Shown here: positions 7,441 through 10,736 of the stretch, in pieces
How positions within the stretch are numbered: position 1 is the first letter of the stretch
Layout: every line of letters starts with the position of its first letter
NCBI GenBank assembly: GCA_046292385.1
Contig: JBKBRF010000085.1
Location: 1 to 10,736 of the forward strand
Direction of reading: 5' to 3'
DNA from: Armatimonadota bacterium
GTDB lineage: Bacteria; Armatimonadota; SYMT01
Length of the DNA stretch: 10,736 bases
The notes under the pieces: model-generated
Seen by the model: the letters and a program-made list of their open reading frames with translations, nothing else
Databases searched by the model: none
What the model was told of the DNA's origin: nothing
Position numbers and translations under genes: made by a program

Positions 7441-7590
7441 GCTCGCTCCTCGCTCCGCCTTCTGCTGGGTTTCACCCGGGTCGCGAGCGGCTGAAACGCG
7501 GGCGTCGCTTGCCTCCGCGGCCCGAGGCTGGTATGACTGTTCTGGCCCGGCCCCACCCGTGCGGACTGCCTCTCTCCGTTTGATCGCCCC

Positions 7591-9204
7591 ATGCACATCC
7601 CCGATGGTTTCCTGAGTGTCCCGGTTGCCGCGAGTACCGGCGTGATCTCCGCCGGCGTGGTCGGCACGGCGCTGCGGCGCGTGCGGCCGGAGGCGGAGCC
7701 GGAGCTGGCGGCGCGGATGGGGGTGATGGCCGCCTACGTCTTCGCGGCGCAGATGGTCAACTTCCCGGTGGCGGCGGGCACCTCCGGACACCTGCTCGGC
7801 GCCACGCTGGCGGCAATCGCGCTGGGGCCGCACGCGGCGACGGTGGTGATGGCGGCAGTCTTCCTGATCCAGACCTTCTTCTTCCTCGACGGCGGGCACA
7901 CGGCGCTCGGCGCCAACGTGCTGAACATGGGGATCGCCGGCACCTACGGCGGCTATGCCGTCTACCGCTCGATTGCGGGCGCCGCGCCCACGCCGCGCCG
8001 CAGCCTCTGGGCCACGGGGGCCGCCGCCTGGTTCTCCGTCATGCTGGGCGCGGTGCTCACCGCCGCGCAGCTTGCGCTCTCCGGGACGATTGCCGGCGGG
8101 CTGGTCTTTCCGGCGATGGTCGGGGTCCACGCCCTGATCGGGGCGGGGGAGGCGGCGATTACGGTGGCGGCGGTGGCGCTGCTCTGGCGGGTGCGCCCCG
8201 ACCTGCTGACCGGCCGCGCGGAGAGCGGTGAGCGGCGCACGGGCTGGACCTGGGTCGCCGTCGGCCTGGCGCTGGTAGCGGTGCTGGCGCCGTTTGCGTC
8301 GTCGTCTCCGGACGGGCTGGAGTGGGTGGCGGGACGCCTCGGGTTCGAGGAGCACGCGCGGGACCCGGGCCTGCCGGGGCCGTTCCCGGACTACTCGCTG
8401 CCGGGGACGGAGGCGGGCTGGGTGCCGGCGCTGGTGAGCGTGCTGGGGGCAGTGATCATGTTCGCCGCCCTCGCGCCGCTGGCCGTGCTGGCGCGGGGAT
8501 CGGTCGGCGGACGCGCCACGCCGGCACACGCGGCGCTCGATCCGCGCGTGAAGCTGCTCGGGACGCTGGGGCTCGTCTTCACGGCGGTCCTGCTTCCCGC
8601 CGGGCAGGCGGGCAAGCTGTGGCTGCTGCTGGCGCTGGCGCTCGGCTGGGTGACGCTCTCCCGGGTGCCCGCCCGGTGGCTGCTGGGGCGCGCGCTGTTG
8701 CTGCTCCCGTTCGTCGGGCTTGCCGCGCTCTCCGCCCCGCAGCTACGCGAGGCGGGAGGTCCGGGACTCTCCTGGTATGGGCTGCTCTTCCTGAAGGCAG
8801 GGGTCTCGCTGGCAGCGACCGCGGCGTTCGCGGCGACCACCTCCGAGCCACAGGCGCTGGCGGCGATGGGCTCCCTCGGGCTGCCGCGCGGCCTCAGCCA
8901 CACCATCGCGCTGGCACTGCGCTACCTGCGGGTGATGGGGGAGGAAGCGGGGCGGATGCTGCAGGCCCGCGCCTGCCGCGGCGGCGGCGCCACGCTGGCG
9001 CTGCGGACGCAGTCGACCGGCGGGATGGTCGGCTCGCTCTTTCTCCGGAGCTGGGAGCGCTCCGACCGGGTCTCCAGCGCGATGGTGGCTCGCGGCTTTC
9101 GCGGCGACCTGATCCCGTTCGCGCTGGCGCGGCCGGGACTGGCCGACTATGGATTCCTGATCGGGCTGGGTTGCTTCTTGATGGGAGTGTGGGTATGGCG
9201 GTAG
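7591..9204 (+). CDS. Fused Ni/Co ECF transporter permease: NikM/CbiM + PDGLE (NikN) + NikQ/CbiQ, 537 aa
   Basis: N-terminal MHIPDGFL, FAAQMVNFPV, GTSGHLLG; ASSSPDGLE (P at residue 240) and PFPDY; LDPRVKL at residue 316, LRYL, ARA and AMVARGF T-component motifs. Confidence 0.93.
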   Translation: MHIPDGFLSVPVAASTGVISAGVVGTALRRVRPEAEPELAARMGVMAAYVFAAQMVNFPVAAGTSGHLLGATLAAIALGPHAATVVMAAVFLIQTFFFLDGGHTALGANVLNMGIAGTYGGYAVYRSIAGAAPTPRRSLWATGAAAWFSVMLGAVLTAAQLALSGTIAGGLVFPAMVGVHALIGAGEAAITVAAVALLWRVRPDLLTGRAESGERRTGWTWVAVGLALVAVLAPFASSSPDGLEWVAGRLGFEEHARDPGLPGPFPDYSLPGTEAGWVPALVSVLGAVIMFAALAPLAVLARGSVGGRATPAHAALDPRVKLLGTLGLVFTAVLLPAGQAGKLWLLLALALGWVTLSRVPARWLLGRALLLLPFVGLAALSAPQLREAGGPGLSWYGLLFLKAGVSLAATAAFAATTSEPQALAAMGSLGLPRGLSHTIALALRYLRVMGEEAGRMLQARACRGGGATLALRTQSTGGMVGSLFLRSWERSDRVSSAMVARGFRGDLIPFALARPGLADYGFLIGLGCFLMGVWVWR

Positions 9205-9974
9205 CGCCGGTGCGGATGGAGCAGCTCTCGTTCACCTACCCGGATGGGCTGGTGGCGCTGCGGGGGATCACGCTGGAGGTGCCGGCGGGGCAGACGCTGG
9301 GACTGCTCGGTCCGAACGGGGCGGGGAAGTCGACGCTGCTGCTCCAGGTGAACGGCCTGCTGCGTGGCTCCGGGCGGATCTCGATCGGGGACCTGACGCT
9401 CACCGAGCGCACGCTGCCGGAGGTCCGCTCCCGCGTGGGGCTGGTGTTCCAGAACCCCGATGACCAGCTCTTTATGCCGACCGTTCGGGAAGACGTCGCG
9501 TTCGGCCCGCGGAACCAGGGACTCTCTCCGGAGCAGGTGCGGCGGCGGGTGGAGGAGGCGCTCCAGGTGGTGGAGATGAGCCACTGCGCGGAGCGGCCGC
9601 CCCATCACCTGAGCCTGGGGCAGAAGAAGCGGGTCGCGCTGGCGACGGTGCTGGCGATGGACTGCGAGGTGCTGGTTCTGGACGAGCCGACCAGCGGTCT
9701 CGATCCGCGGGGGCGGCGTGAGCTGGCGGCGTTCCTGGCGTCACTGCCGCAGACGAAGCTGATCGCCACGCACGACCTGGAGTTCGCCGCGGAGCTCTTC
9801 GACCGCGTGGCGGTGCTCTATGAAGGTGAGCTGGCGGCGGAAGGCACTCCGCGCGAGATCCTCTCCGACGCGGAGCTGATGGAGCGCACCGGCCTGGAAG
9901 TGCCGCACAGCCTCCGCTACCACGCCCACGGCGTAGAGCACCAGCACGCGGCAATTCTGAGGGATGAAGGATGA
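9195..9974 (+). CDS. cbiO: ECF transporter ATPase (CbiO/NikO), 259 aa
   Basis: Walker A GPNGAGKST, VFQNPDDQLF, LSLGQKKRV, Walker B VLDEPT, ATHD; overlaps the permease end by 10 nt. Confidence 0.93.
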   Translation: MAVAPVRMEQLSFTYPDGLVALRGITLEVPAGQTLGLLGPNGAGKSTLLLQVNGLLRGSGRISIGDLTLTERTLPEVRSRVGLVFQNPDDQLFMPTVREDVAFGPRNQGLSPEQVRRRVEEALQVVEMSHCAERPPHHLSLGQKKRVALATVLAMDCEVLVLDEPTSGLDPRGRRELAAFLASLPQTKLIATHDLEFAAELFDRVAVLYEGELAAEGTPREILSDAELMERTGLEVPHSLRYHAHGVEHQHAAILRDEG

Positions 9975-10100
9975 GGGATGAGGGATGAAGGATGAGTCCG
10001 AACCGTCCCGTTCCGGTGAGGGGCCAGGATTGAGCGAAGGCGTCACCGCCTCCGAATGGTTCGGATTTCATCCCTCATCGTTCATCCTTCATCCCTTCAG
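9957..10100. repeat. Inverted heptamer arrays (GGATGAR)5 and (YTCATCS)4 between convergent genes
   Basis: Units at 9962-9996 followed by tccgaacc (9997-10004); ggttcgga (10058-10065) followed by units at 10067-10094. Confidence 0.9.
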
Positions 10101-10103
10101 AGG

Positions 10104-10457
10104 CTACCGGTCTTCCATCACCGCGCCGTGGAGGTGGGGATCGAAGCCCCTGGGCCACTGCGTGTCGCTGCTGTAGAGCGCGAAGCGGAAGTCGGCGCGG
10201 CCGAGATCGGCGTCCCGGAGGTCGGCGCCGCGCACGTCGGCACCGCGGAGGTTGGTGCCGCGCAGGTTGGTCTCCCGCAAATCCGCGTCGCGCAGGTCAG
10301 CCAGGTGAAGGTCCGCTTTCTGGAGGTTGGCGCTGCGAAGCACGGCCGATTGCAGGTCGGCTCCGGCGAGCGCCGCGCCGGCGAGCTTGACGCGCGCCAG
10401 GCTGTCGCCGTCGATGCTGGTCAGCACCTCGCGAGTACGTCGATGCGCGATATCCAT
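10104..10457 (-). CDS. Pentapeptide repeat protein, 117 aa
   Basis: A(D/N)LxX repeats (AALAG ADLQS AVLRS ANLQK ADLHL ADLRD...) and C-terminal YSSDTQWPRGFDP cap; G-rich SD before ATG 10457. Confidence 0.92.
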   Translation of the reverse strand: MDIAHRRTREVLTSIDGDSLARVKLAGAALAGADLQSAVLRSANLQKADLHLADLRDADLRETNLRGTNLRGADVRGADLRDADLGRADFRFALYSSDTQWPRGFDPHLHGAVMEDR

Positions 10458-10635
10458 TCGAGTCCCCCCTTCACTGGTTCGAGATTCGCGTGATCGGAGC
10501 CTCGCGCGCCAGTGGATAGGAAGGCTGCTGCCTGCGAACCCCCTGGTCTGCGCGAGCCCCGACGAAGATTTCAAGGTGAGCTTCTGAAACGGTTCACCGA
10601 AGCTCCGACGCCGCAGTTAGCCCAAGTTCCGCAGT

Positions 10636-10694
10636 TTGTAAGAAAGATTCAGCCTCGCGGTGGCTGCGAAGCATCAAGCGAGGCTGAATCTTTC
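10636..10694 (-). terminator. Probable intrinsic terminator
   Basis: 17-bp perfect inverted repeat gaaagattcagcctcgc (10642-10658) / gcgaggctgaatctttc (10678-10694), U-rich tail on the minus strand, 2 nt after a TAG stop. Confidence 0.7.
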
Positions 10695-10696
10695 CA

Positions 10697-10736
10697 CTAC
10701 ACTTCGTACATCGGCATGGTTTCTGGCAGGTGCAAG
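10697..10736 (-). CDS. 3' end of a gene entering from the right edge
   Basis: ...LHLPETMPMYEV* (TAG at 10699-10697) directly followed by the hairpin. Confidence 0.5.
   Translation of the reverse strand, partial: LHLPETMPMYEV

Noticed and set aside
7441..7590. NikR operator or cobalamin/NiCo riboswitch upstream of the ECF operon
   Set aside because: Only one GTATGA half-site (7531-7536) with no TCATAC partner 16 nt away; no riboswitch consensus recognised.

Overview
GC-rich bacterial chromosomal window; the SLH-porin gene and the repeat style suggest a diderm lineage such as Armatimonadota (inference only). Gene order: partial ORF start (-), REP/MITE-rich intergenic region, SLH + beta-barrel outer-membrane protein (-), hemolysin III/TrhA (-), an unannotated Cys-rich microprotein (+), dprA (+), GT-C-like membrane protein (+), cupin (+), small acidic protein (-), fused NikM-N-Q ECF permease and its ATPase (+), pentapeptide-repeat protein (-), terminator and partial gene end (-). 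The top observation is missing from the ORF track: 3125-3307 (+) reads MDAPECEICG...FWCAGCGHLQS-TGA-HDCG..., a CxxC/CxxC zinc-finger microprotein whose in-frame TGA would form a UxxC motif and is followed by a bacterial SECIS-like hairpin, making it a candidate 60-aa selenoprotein. Also notable: a 238-bp MITE (19-bp TIRs, 4-bp TSD) inserted in the centre of a REP palindrome, an S+T component fusion in the ECF transporter, and several short tandem repeat arrays.
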